Source of the DNA: a virus
DNA length: 64,000 nucleotides
IMG/VR virus record: IMGVR_UViG_3300045125_000058
Location: 4,265-68,264 of that record
Strand: one strand, 5' to 3'
Positions 35,921-46,467 of the stretch are shown here, in pieces. A program made the translations under genes and the position numbers. Positions within the stretch are counted from its first letter, which is position 1, and every line of letters begins with the position of its first letter. The notes beneath the pieces are model-generated. The model worked only from the letters and a program-made list of their open reading frames with translations, ran no database searches and had not been told where the DNA came from.

Positions 35921-36245
35921 ATGACAAGAGACGAATTATTCAAATTACACGAAGAAATTTGCACCAGTGCCAAAGAATTAATGAAGAAAAAGAATGCAGA
36001 TTATGCCTGCAGCACTGATCCCTTCATGAATTTTAGGCGAGCCTGAATTTTTGGGTTTCAGCACTGCTGAAATGGGAGTTTTGATCCGAATGACGGATAA
36101 GATGTCCCGAATTTCCACATTCTTGAACCGTGGTCAACTTTCATTGGAAAACGAGAGTGTTTATGACGCAATTGTTGACATGATTAACTATAGTGTCATA
36201 CTTGCTGGACTGCTCAAGGATAGGGAAACAAACAAACCACAATGA
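35921..36245 (+). CDS. DUF1599 / nucleotide-modification-associated domain protein (frameshifted)
   Basis: ELMKKKNADYA...DPFMNF...GVLIRMTDKMSRI...ESVYDAIVDMINYSVI. Confidence 0.7.
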
Positions 36246-38753
36246 AGTTTTATACTGCCTGCGCTATCAAGGGAAACAAGATTCTTGTAAGGGGATATAA
36301 GGACGGAGTTCGGTTTACCGACTCCGTTTCCTTTAAACCATCGCTATTTATTAGATCCGATAAGGAAACCAAAGTACAAGACTCTTAATGGAATTGGTGT
36401 CAAAAGAATGTTCTTTGACACCCTCTATGACTGCAGGGAGTTCCTGAAACAATACGAGGATCTGAATGATTCGCCAATTTATGGAAACACTGATTTCGTC
36501 ACTCAATATCTCTTGGAGACTTATGAGAGTGAGATACTATACGATCTTTCCCAAATCAAGATAGCATACTTTGACTTGGAATGTGAAACTGAAGGTGGAT
36601 TCCCGGATCTTCGCAATCCAAACGAGAAGATCAACATCATCGGTGTTCGCATCTGCTGGTATCAATTATGCCATCACAGAGAAGCAAATATCCATTCCAA
36701 ACTGCAAACTTATTCTTGTTTCGTCCGAGAAAGAACTTATTCAAAAGTTTTTTGAGTTGCTTGCGCAAGGAAGACATTGATGTAATTACCGGGTGGAACG
36801 TCAAACTGTTCGATATTCCCTACATCATTGGCAGAGCCTAGATTGTTCTTTGATGACAAGGAGATTCAATCGTGGCTTCCTTTCAACTTGATGAAGGAGC
36901 GAGAGACAAACATTGGTGGCACAGACTATAGATTGTTTGAGTTTCCCGGATACACGATCCTTGATTACATGGATCTGTATAAGAAGTTCTCAGGTACAAG
37001 CCAAGAGAGTTATGCGCTAAACTTCATCGCCAAGGCAGAGTTGGATGAACAAAAACTAGACTATGCGGAATATGGTTCTTTGCGTGAGTTCTATACAAAG
37101 GACTTCCAGCGATTTGCGGAGTATAACATTCAGGATGTTGAACTGGTTGAGAAACTAGACAATAAACTTCGTCTGATTGACTTGGCAGTCTCTATTGCGT
37201 ATGAAGCCAAGATTCCCTTTGATGTCGTGTTCTTTGCAACAAGAATCTGGGGAACCATCTGCTGTGATTACCTTCTTCGCAAAGACATCATTCCACCCAT
37301 TCAAACTTCGTATGCAAAGGATGACCAATTTGTGGGTGCATATGTAAAGGATGTTACTCCAGGTTTGTACAAGAATGTTGTTAGTTTTGACGCTACAAGT
37401 CTGTATCCAAGCATCATAATGGGATGGAATATTTCTCCAGAGACATGCATCAAGAAAGATGCCTCTTTGAGTGCAGATGATTTCTTGAGAAGCAAAAGAA
37501 AAGATATTCCAGATTTGGTCAATGAAGCATCTGATCATAATGCTTGTTTGGCCTGCAATGGATCTATGTTTACAAATGACATTCGTGGATTCATTCCTAT
37601 TCTCATTGAGCGGACATTCAATCAAAGAAAGGAAGCCAAGAATAAGATGTTGGAATTGGAGAAGGAATATGAACATTCCAAAGATTCCAATCTTCTTCCA
37701 AGAATTGCTGCATTGAAGATTCGTCAGTCAGTCAAGAAGATTTTGGCAAACAGTCTTTATGGTTGCTTGGGCAATCCAGCATTCATCTATTCGTCTCCTG
37801 AGTTGGCAACAGCCGTCACAGTCACAGGTCAAGTTATCATTCGTACTGCAGAAAACTGCATGAATGGTTATATTCGTCATCTCACAAAGGATAATGACAA
37901 AGATTATGTTCTTGCTGTCGATACAGATTCAGTATATCTGAATCTTGATGACATCATTACACAGATTCGGCAAAAGACAAAGATTACTGATATTACTGAG
38001 TTTGTTGACAAGATCTGTGAACAAAAGATTCAACCTGAACTGAAGAAAGAAATGGATCTTCTGACCAAGTCGTTGAACTGCATGGAAAACAAGATCTTCT
38101 TCAAGCGTGAAGCAATTGCATCAGCAGGAATGTTCATTGCCAAGAAGCGATATGCTTTGCTTGTTCAAGATCTTGAAGGTAGTTCGATTTGAGGAGCCTA
38201 AACTCAAGATCATGGGTCTTGGAGACTGCACGAAGCAGCACACCAGCAATTGTTCAGAAAGAAGTTGAAAGACTGCATTAAGATTATCTTGACCAAAACT
38301 CCAGAGGAGCTGCGACAATATGTGAATGAATTCTATGATGAATTTATGGTGCTTCCTATATCTGATGTCGCAGCTCCTCGGGGAGTCAAGGGAATAAACA
38401 AGTATTCTGACAATACAAAGATATACCAAACTGGAACTCCTATTGCAACCAAGGCAGCATTGCTTTACAATAGTTACAGCAAGAAGATTGGGATTGACAA
38501 GCAGTATGCAGCAATCAAGGAAAACGACAAGATGAAGTTTGTGTTTGTCAAGATTCCAAATCCTTACGGTATGGCTGGCAAGGATGCTGTCATGGGATTC
38601 ATCAATAGTCCACCCAAGGAATTGGATCTTGAGAAGTACATTGATCGTAAGAAGCAGTTTGACAAAACTTTTGGTGAACCTTTGGACAATATTCTTCAAG
38701 CAATAAACTGGAAACTAAATGCACAAGTATCACTTGAATCCTTCTTCGTATGA
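36242..38753 (+). CDS. gp43: Family B DNA polymerase (split by several indels)
   Basis: YFDLEC exo I, TGWNV..FDIPY exo II, YNIQDV exo III, SFDATSLYPS, KILANSLYG, DTDS, KKRYA. Confidence 0.96.
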
Positions 38754-38772
38754 TGTAAAATATAAAACAGAT

Positions 38773-39003
38773 ATGACAAATATTTACAAAAAATATCAAG
38801 TACCAAAGATGAACAAATTAAAAACCAAAGAGGATTTCTATAATAATCCTTTTCATGTTCCTGCACGACCAACTTCTGTAATTCCTCAAGAGATCAAGGA
38901 TTCTTTAAAGCAGAAAGATGAAAAGATTGCTGAGTTGACTGAGGAGATGGAAGAACTCAAAAAAGAACTGGAAACTATGCGTGCCATGATGGAGGAATGT
39001 TAA
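38773..39003 (+). CDS. Hypothetical coiled-coil protein
   Basis: Open frame with a heptad-like C-terminus. Confidence 0.5.
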   Translation: MTNIYKKYQVPKMNKLKTKEDFYNNPFHVPARPTSVIPQEIKDSLKQKDEKIAELTEEMEELKKELETMRAMMEEC

Positions 39004-39006
39004 GAT

Positions 39007-39303
39007 ATGGTAAAGAAAATCAAATCTAGATATGGTGATGAAAGAATTATCACACTTCTTGAAGACGGATCTTACAAAGTCGAAGGCAGGTCAATGTATT
39101 CTCGCTTTGGCGATGGCTTATTCGATTTTGAGGGTGGGCCATGCTTTATCGTTGGTGACCGACTACTTGATGTTAAAGATGATGTAATAATCAAAGACAT
39201 CAAGATTATTCATGACACTCCGGAAGGTGTCGCTGGTTGTATTTTGTATGTAAAGGAAAACAATGTCAAAGTATCTAAAAAGTCTAATCGGAAAAATAAA
39301 TAA
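39007..39303 (+). CDS. Hypothetical protein
   Basis: 98-aa ORF between gp43 and uvsX. Confidence 0.55.
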   Translation: MVKKIKSRYGDERIITLLEDGSYKVEGRSMYSRFGDGLFDFEGGPCFIVGDRLLDVKDDVIIKDIKIIHDTPEGVAGCILYVKENNVKVSKKSNRKNK

Positions 39304-40286
39304 CCCGGACGCAAAGATTGTTGAAGAAGGACTGGAGGGATCTGATGTCACTGGCTTCATTGACACCGGATCTTATGTGCTTAATGCACTCCTTTCAGGC
39401 AGCATCTATGGTGGTCTTCCAAACAATAAGATCTCTTGCTTGGCGGGTGATCCAGCAACCGGAAAGACATTTTATGCGATTGGAATTGCTTCTCAGTTTC
39501 TAAAAGACAACAAGGATGGTGTAGTTGTCTACTTCGACACGGAACAAGCTATTACTAGTGATATGTTCAAGCAACGTGGTATTGATACTGGAAAGAGTTG
39601 CAGTAGTTCCCGTTGCTACCATTGAAGAATTCAAAACACAATCTTTAAAAATTGTCAATGATATAATTGAACAACCTGAACAAGATAGAAAGCCTGTTTT
39701 GTTTATTCTTGATTCTTTGGGTATGTTGTCAACAGAAAAGGAAATGAACGATTCTGCTGAAGGCAAAAATGTTCGGGATATGACAAAGGCGCAGCAGACC
39801 AAAGCAACATTTCGTGTGTTGACTCTGAAACTTGGTAAAGCAAAGATTCCCATGCTCATGACCAACCACACATATCAAGTAATCGGTTCATATGTTCCAA
39901 CTAAGGAACTAGGTGGTGGTGTTGGATTAAAATATGCAGCAAGCAATATTTTGACGTTATCCAAGAGCAAAGATAAGACTGATGAAGGTGTAGTTGGAAT
40001 TTTTATCAAGTGCACAAATTACAAAAACAGATTTGTCAAAGAGAACATGAATGTTGAAACTCGCCTTAACTACACTTCAGGACTTAGCCGTTACTATGGT
40101 CTTACAGAACTTGCCATAAAGTACGGAATTTTCAAGAAGGTTTCCACAAGAATTGAACTACCTGATGGAACCAAGGTATTTGAAAAAAACATTGATGACG
40201 AGCCTGAGAAGTACTACACCAAAGATATCCTAGATAAGTTGGACGTAGAGATTCAAAAGGATTTCAAGTATGGACAAAGCACCTAA
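39263..40286 (+). CDS. uvsX: RecA-like recombinase (frameshift near 39590)
   Basis: [54 protein letters not shown]. Confidence 0.94.
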
Positions 40287-40579
40287 GTTCAAGTATGTCC
40301 CAGAAGCATCATCTGATGTTGGAGCAAATTGTCCCATTCAGATAATGGAAGGACAATACAAAAATATTATCTATCGGTATGGAAAAAATTTCATTAAAAG
40401 AAACAGAAAACGAAGAGATCAGTGTCACCATGGAAATTGATGTATTAAAAGCACCGGATGATTTTAATCAACAGCAAGAAAAATTTACAAAAGCAGTTGG
40501 ACAAATATTTACACAGATTGTCGAAGAAGGAATTGAACAAGAACCCGTGGATCTTGAGGATGATGTCCATCAAGATTAA
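40270..40579 (+). CDS. gp40-like protein (by position; frameshifted)
   Basis: Lies between uvsX and gp41 as T4 gp40 does; IIYRYGK motif. Confidence 0.45.
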
Positions 40580-40582
40580 TGG

Positions 40583-40611
40583 TGGACTTTCACTTATCCA
40601 AAGAGTATAAT
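40583..40611 (+). promoter_or_regulatory. Sigma70-type promoter upstream of gp41
   Basis: TGGACT (40583-88), 17 bp spacer, TATAAT (40606-11). Confidence 0.6.
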
Positions 40612-40617
40612 TAAAAC

Positions 40618-42031
40618 ATGGAATCAGTAATTCTAAAGAACTTGGTCCTCAATGAGGACTACGCTCATAAAGTTGTTCCGTTCCTTCAAGAGGAATACTT
40701 TCACGACAAGTCAGAGAAGATAATCTTTGGTATTGTCGGAAAGTTTATTTTAAAGTACAATAACATTCCAACAAAGGATGCTATTTTAATCTCACTTGGA
40801 GATGAAAAGACTCTCAGTGAAGTTGAGTTCAAAAAGTGTACATCGATAACAGATGAGATGTACAAAGAGGGAGAGAAGTCTGATACTGTTTGGCTAGTTG
40901 AACAGACAGAAAAGTTTTGCAAGGAAAAGGCAATCTACAATGGTATCATGGCATCCATCGGCATTATTGAAGGAAAAGACAAGGAAAAACTCAAAATGCT
41001 TATTCCTGATATCATGTCAAAAGCTCTTTCTGTTTCTTTTGATACTAGAGTTGGCCATGACTTTTTGGAAGATGTTGACGAGCGATATGAATATTATCAC
41101 AGAATAGAAGAGAAGGTTCCCTTTGACCTTGAGATGTTCAACAAGATTACACGGGGTGGAACCAGAAGAAGACTCTGAATGTAGTAATGGCTGCATCCGG
41201 TGTTGGTAAGAGTGCATTCCTATGCCATCATGCAGCAGCATGTTTGTCTCAAAATCTTAATGTTCTCTACATCACTTTGGAGATGGCAGAAGAAGAGATT
41301 GCAAAGCGCATTGATGCAAATCTTTTGGATAGTGACATGCATATTCTTGAGCAGATGCCATTGGCTCAGTACGAATCAAAGGTTGAGAATCTAAAGAAGA
41401 CATGCAAGGGAAAACTCATTATCAAGGAGTATCCCACCGCTGCTGCAAATGTCACCCACTTCCGTAATCTTCTTGAAGAACTTAAGATCAAGAAGAAGTT
41501 TACACCGATGTAATTTTTGTTGACTATTTGAATATCTGCTCATGTGCCAGGTTCAAACTTGGAAATGGTATGAACAGTTATACATATGTCAAAGGTATTG
41601 CAGAAGAACTTCGTGGTATGGCAAAGCAATTCAACATTCCTCTTTGGACTGCAACACAGGTTAATCGTGAAGGTGCCAAGAGCAGCGACATGGAGATGAC
41701 AGACACATCCGAGAGTTTCGGTCTTCCACAGACTGCGGATTTCTTCTTTGCCTTGATTGAGAACGAGGAACTTGCAGAAGCAGGTCAACTCATGGTGAAG
41801 CAATTGAAGAATCGTGGAAACGATACTACCAAGAACAGAAAGTTCTTGGTGGGTGTAAACAAGTCCAAAATGAAATTCTATGATGTGGACAATGCAAATT
41901 CAAATTTGGTGAATTCCAATCAGACTGAAGAAGAGGGTTTTGGATCAGGTTCAGACGGCCAAGGTTTTAATCCAAAATTTGGAAAGAAGCGCAACAAGGC
42001 AATCAACTGGACTTTTGAAGAAGCCAAATGA
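40618..42031 (+). CDS. gp41: Replicative DnaB-like helicase (frameshifted)
   Basis: EQTEKFCKEKAIYN, AASGVGKS, ITLEMAE, KEYPT, WTATQVNR, SESFGLPQTAD, QLKNR. Confidence 0.95.
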
Positions 42032-43016
42032 CACTATATATTGATAAGAAGTTTGTCAATCTGGTATCAGGTTCACTTGAAAAGTTCAAGTGGAAGAAAG
42101 ATACACTAGCCACATGCAGGTGTTTCAAGTGTGGCGACTCACAGAAGAATAAGTCCAAGACAAGGGGATACTTCTTTGAGCACAAAGGCCATTATGTTTA
42201 CAAATGCCACAATTGCGGTTTTTCTTGCAATGTATATTCTGTACTTGAAAATAATCAGCCCAACGCTCGCAAAAGAATATGCATTTGAAAAATTTAAAGA
42301 CTCGCATCCGAGAGAAACTGAACCGAAACAGGAAGTTGCCCGCCAACCAGGTGTTTACTGATCTCGGAACAAGGCTTGACCTACTCAATGCTGACCACAA
42401 GGCGATAAAATATGTTAAGTCCCGTGAAATCCCCAAGGAAAAGTATTGCAACTTTTATTATTGCACTGACTTTGCAAAAGTCATGCGATCCTTTGACCGC
42501 GACGGAACCAAGGAAGATAGACTCATCATACCATTCTATAATGACCTTGGGGAGCTTATCGGAGTTCAAGGCCGCTCTCTTGACCCAACTGGCCAAGCGA
42601 TTCGTTATATCACTCTGAAACGTGAAGGCGAAGAACGCCTGTGGTACAACCTAGATAAGATAGAGCCACGGGATACTGTATATGTAACTGAAGGTCCCAT
42701 CGACTCCATGTTTATTCCAAACGGAGTCGCAATGCAGGGTGCTGGTTGGTTGGCGGAAATGCCTGATAAACTGAAGAAGTCAAAGGTAGTGTTTATCTTT
42801 GATAATGAACCAAGAAATTTTGAAATAGTTGCTTTGATAGGAAAGTACGTAGAGGCTGGACGAAATGTAGTAATCTGGCCAGAAGAAATAGATAAAAAAG
42901 ATGTCAATGACATGGTATTGGCTTATGGCGTAAACACGACCATGAAACTGATAATCAACAATGTCTATTCTGGACTTGTCGCAAAAATGAAGTATACTTA
43001 TTGGAAGAAGGTTTAA
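42028..43016 (+). CDS. gp61: DNA primase (frameshifted)
   Basis: CRCFKCGDSQK..KTRG...CHNCG Zn finger, LIIPF, VQGR, VTEGPIDSMF, DNEPRN, KDVNDM. Confidence 0.94.
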
Positions 43017-43256
43017 ATGAAAGACGATAACGACGAAATGACAGAGGAAGAAATTCTCAAGGCTAGCGAAGCATATCTCATGTTTGTACAGAGATTTGGA
43101 GAATATGTTAAGGAAATGAATCCTGAACTTTGGTCAAAGGCGCGAGAATATGCCGCAGACTTTACCAAGATTCCCGGTGTTAGCGTTGAACTTGTAGATA
43201 ATGATGAGGATGAGAATGACACAGACAACACAAAGCGTGCGTCCGAGCTGATATAA
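43017..43256 (+). CDS. Small acidic hypothetical protein
   Basis: 79-aa ORF following primase. Confidence 0.5.
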   Translation: MKDDNDEMTEEEILKASEAYLMFVQRFGEYVKEMNPELWSKAREYAADFTKIPGVSVELVDNDEDENDTDNTKRASELI

Positions 43257-43942
43257 AGGTTCTTGATTGTGGACATGTTCAGTTGATTGATTGGATGGGT
43301 TCAGATCTTAGCATCGTGAACGCAGCAAGAGTCTCCTTCAACAAGGAAAGTTCTTGGGAATATGCTGACAGCCATGTTCCTTCTCAATCTTTATCTGAGC
43401 GAGATGCAAAATTAATTAAGTATCTTGCCAAGCACAATCACTTCACTCCATTTTGTCATGCTACAATTTCTATTCGTGTGAAGTGTCCAATATTTGTTCG
43501 TGCCCAACTTGGCAAGCATCAGATAGGTCTGACAATGAATGAGGTCAGCCGTCGATATGTTACATTTGATCCTGAAGTCTATGTTCCTCTTTGGAGATCT
43601 GCTCCAACTGACGGAGCAAAGCAGGGAAGCAGCGGAAGAATTGAAGATATGGATCTCTGCATTCGCATGAGACAAGAATATGAAGGTGTTGCCAAAGATT
43701 GCATCAAACTTTACAACGATCTTCTTGCAGACGGTGTTGCACCAGAACAAGCCCGTTCCATATTGCCACAAGGCACGTATACGGAATTTGTTTGGACTGG
43801 ATCGCTATATGCATTTGCTCGTATTTATAATCTAAGAATTGATGCACATGCACAATGGGAAATTCAAGAATATGCAAAAGCAATTGACAAAATAATTGCT
43901 CCACTTTTCCCAGTTTCGTGGCAAACTCTAACAACTAAATAA
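43216..43942 (+). CDS. thyX: Flavin-dependent thymidylate synthase (true start probably upstream of 43283)
   Basis: VLDCGHVQLIDWMGSD..IVNAARVS, HFTPF, NEVSRRY, EQARSILP, HAQWEI. Confidence 0.93.
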
Positions 43943-43967
43943 AGACACCAATAAAGAAAGGCCAATT

Positions 43968-45856
43968 ATGCCAGAAGTTTTATCACCATTTCAATCGTTT
44001 ATTTTTATCTCGCGCTACTCACGATGGCTTCCATCAGAAAATCGTAGAGAAACATGGGATGAATGTGTCGATAGATGGTGGAATTACTTCACTGACAAAG
44101 TTCCAGCATTGGCAGAACGACCAGACATCAAAAAGCAATTTTGAATCTTGAAGTTCTTCCATCCATGCGCAGTCTAATGACTGCTGGACCTGCATTGAAT
44201 CATGACAATACTTGCTTGTACAATTGCTCGTACTTGCCTATTGATTCCATTGATTCATTCGCTGAGTTGTTTGTAATTCTCATGAATGGAACTGGTGTTG
44301 GCTACAGTGTAGAACGACAGTACACTGATAAACTTCCTGCTGTCGCAAATAAAATAGAAAAGGATTTTAATGTTATCGTCAAAGTTGAAGACTCTAAAGA
44401 AGGTTGGGGAAACGCTCTCAAGGAAGTTCTACGACATCTGTATTCGGGTCGTCACGTTAAATGGGATGTTTCCGGGATCCGACCCGCTGGAGCCTAGACT
44501 TAAGACTTTTGGGGGTAGGGCTAGTGGGCCTGCTCCTCTTGATAATCTCTTTAAGTTAATTGTAAAGGTATTCTATGCAGCACAAGGAAGAAGACTTACT
44601 GCTTTGGAATGTCACGATATTTGCTGTGCTATTGCTAATGCTGTTATCGTAGGTGGTGTTCGTCGTTCTGCGATGATTTCACTCAGCGATCTTTCTGATC
44701 GTGAAATGGCATTGTGCAAGAGCGGAGCATGGTGGGAGCAAGCAGGATATCGTTCATACGCAAACAATTCTGCGGTCTATCGTGGTCGTCCACCAATGGG
44801 CCAATTCCTTGAGGAATGGACTTCACTATACAACAGCCATAGCGGTGAGCGTGGTATGATCAATCGTAAGGCTTTGCAAGAGCAAGCAGCCAAATGGGGT
44901 CGTGATCTTGATTGTGAGTATGGAACGAATCCATGCTCAGAGATCATTCTTAAGCCATTTGAGTTTTGCAATCTTTCAACGGTTGTTGTTCGTCCTGATG
45001 ATACAGCAGCAACACTCAAAAGAAGATTGAAATGGCTACAATCATTGGTACTGTTCAATCCACCTTCACAAACTTCCCATATCTTCGTCCTGAGTGGAAG
45101 AAGAACTGCGAGGATGAAAGACTTCTTGGTGTCAGCATGACTGGCATCTATGACAACAAACTCACCAGTGGTCTTGAAGGCAAGCCAAAGTTGATTCGTT
45201 TGCTTGAATCTCTAAGAGATCATGCAACTGCCACCAATCTTCACTGGGCAGAGAAGTTGGGAATCAATCCAAGCAAGTCGATCACTTGCGTCAAGCCAGA
45301 GGGCACAACTTCGTGCTTGGTAGATTCTGCATCTGGTCTTCATCCAAGATATGCAGATTATTATTATCGTAGAATTCGCATTGACAAGAAGGATCCAATC
45401 TACAATCTCATGAAAGACCAAGGTGTTCCTTGTGAGGATGATGTCATCAATCCAAACAATACTGCAGTCTTCACATTTGCAATGAAGGCTCCCCGTGGAA
45501 CAATCACCACAGAAGATCTTCGTGCATTGGATCATTTGGATCTTTGGAAGACATATCAAGAGCACTATTGCCAACACAAGCCTTCTGTGACGGTAAACTA
45601 TCGTGACAGCGAATTCCTTGAAGTTGGAAATTGGTTGTGGGAAAATTTTGATGTTGCAACCGGAATTTCATTTCTTCCGGGTGGTGACAATCACACATAT
45701 GCTCAGGCTCCGTTTGAGCAGATTGATGCGGCAACTTATGGCGAACATCCAAAGATTAAAGTGAACTTTAAAGAACTTTCAAAGTATGAATCACAGGACA
45801 ACACAGAGGCAGCAAAGGAATTTGCATGTTCTGCAGGAGGTTGTCAGATAGTGTAA
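43968..45856 (+). CDS. nrdJ: Class II (adenosylcobalamin-dependent) monomeric ribonucleotide reductase (frameshifted)
   Basis: SRYSRW...RRETW, PSMR, YNCSY, GTGVG, GGVRRSA, GTNPCSEI, CNLS, CVKPEGT, HKPSVTV, FLP, ACSAGGCQI. Confidence 0.92.
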
Positions 45857-45862
45857 CATTGA

Positions 45863-45935
45863 TGGAGTGTAGCACTAACGGAAGTGCAATCCGCTGTTAA
45901 CGGATCGGTTACAGGTTCGAATCCTGTCACTCCAG
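45863..45935 (+). tRNA. tRNA-Asn(GTT)
   Basis: Acceptor TGGAGTG/CACTCCA, anticodon arm ATCCG-CTGTTAA-CGGAT, T arm ACAGG-TTCGAAT-CCTGT. Confidence 0.92.
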
Positions 45936-45943
45936 TTCAAAAT

Positions 45944-46016
45944 GCCACTTTAGGCTCAATGGTAGAGCCTTGCTTTTGTAAAGCAGAGGTTGCGGGTTCG
46001 AATCCCACAGGTGGCT
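45944..46016 (+). tRNA. tRNA-Thr(TGT)
   Basis: Acceptor GCCACTT/AGGTGGC, D stem GGCTC/GAGCC, anticodon loop TTTGTAA, TTCGAAT T loop. Confidence 0.9.
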
Positions 46017-46097
46017 TGAGTATACTCAAGCGGTCAACGAGGGCACACTGTAAATGTGCTGGCATTGCCTACGAGGGTTCGAATCTCTCTGCTCGCA
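46016..46097 (+). tRNA. tRNA-Tyr(GTA), long variable arm
   Basis: Anticodon arm GCACA-CTGTAAA-TGTGC, variable hairpin GGCA-TT-GCC, T arm GAGGG-TTCGAAT-CTCTC; position 1 mismatched (T instead of G). Confidence 0.85.
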
Positions 46098-46104
46098 CTA
46101 AATA
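46098..46104 (+). promoter_or_regulatory. Late-promoter variant CTAAATA upstream of the tRNA-like element and tmRNA
   Basis: Same motif precedes many structural ORFs in this window; 7 nt before the element at 46112. Confidence 0.5.
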
Positions 46105-46111
46105 ATTGTAT

Positions 46112-46208
46112 GCGTAGTCCAGCAGCGAGATAATCGTCCGGCTGATAGGATCTTTGATCTAGAACAGAGATCTGATAAGCAATAGAGGTGCAAGTCCTCC
46201 ACTACGCT
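46112..46208 (+). ncRNA. Atypical 97-nt tRNA-like element (CUA in an 8-nt loop)
   Basis: Perfect acceptor GCGTAGT/ACTACGC, T-like arm GAGG-TGCAAGT-CCTC, 9-bp stem GGATCTTTG/CAGAGATCT around ATCTAGAA, non-canonical D arm. Confidence 0.65.
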
Positions 46209-46445
46209 TTGGTATTGTTGATATCAGATAGAAATGTGTATGACACGGGAGTTCGAATCTCCCCGGATCCACTATACGGGTCCGACAGGCATCGATCAGC
46301 GCAAAGTATTAAAGAAGGAGATACCCGACACGGGTAACAAGTGTCGTAAATAAACAGTTGCAACAACAAAAGCCGCACCATTGCGGATGGCTGCTTAAAG
46401 CAGTGGGGTTTCCCGGTTTTCCCGCGACTGAAAAACCGGGATTTT
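46209..46445 (+). ncRNA. ssrA: Circularly permuted (two-piece) tmRNA
   Basis: T arm GGGAG-TTCGAAT-CTCCC and 3' acceptor CGGATCC-A (46247-46271) come before the 5' strand GGGTCCG (46278), giving G3:U70 and A73; pseudoknot TACCC/GGGTA + CGACAC/GTGTCG; tag GCA..TAA 46360-46398 = ATTKAAPLRMAA*. Confidence 0.88.
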
Positions 46446-46447
46446 TT
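46411..46447 (+). terminator. Intrinsic terminator ending the tmRNA coding piece
   Basis: TCCCGGTTTT/AAAACCGGGA stem followed by TTTTTT. Confidence 0.8.
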
Positions 46448-46467
46448 ATTGGCATAAATAATTTTGC

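Noticed and set aside
36242-45856. Introns or inteins in gp43, gp41 or nrdJ
   Set aside because: Joined lengths are ordinary, conserved motifs are contiguous, and no intein or homing-nuclease motifs appear inside.
46142-46188. tRNA-Ile(GAT) with an intron, suggested by two CTGATA copies
   Set aside because: Removing the intervening sequence gives no anticodon stem and no room for a variable loop.
46240-46300. YrlA (Y RNA) interpretation of the permuted tRNA-like domain
   Set aside because: YrlA also has a loop-closed acceptor stem, but G3:U70, A73, the pseudoknot, a tag ORF ending MAA and a stop-codon hairpin fit tmRNA much better; no Ro60 gene is seen in the window.
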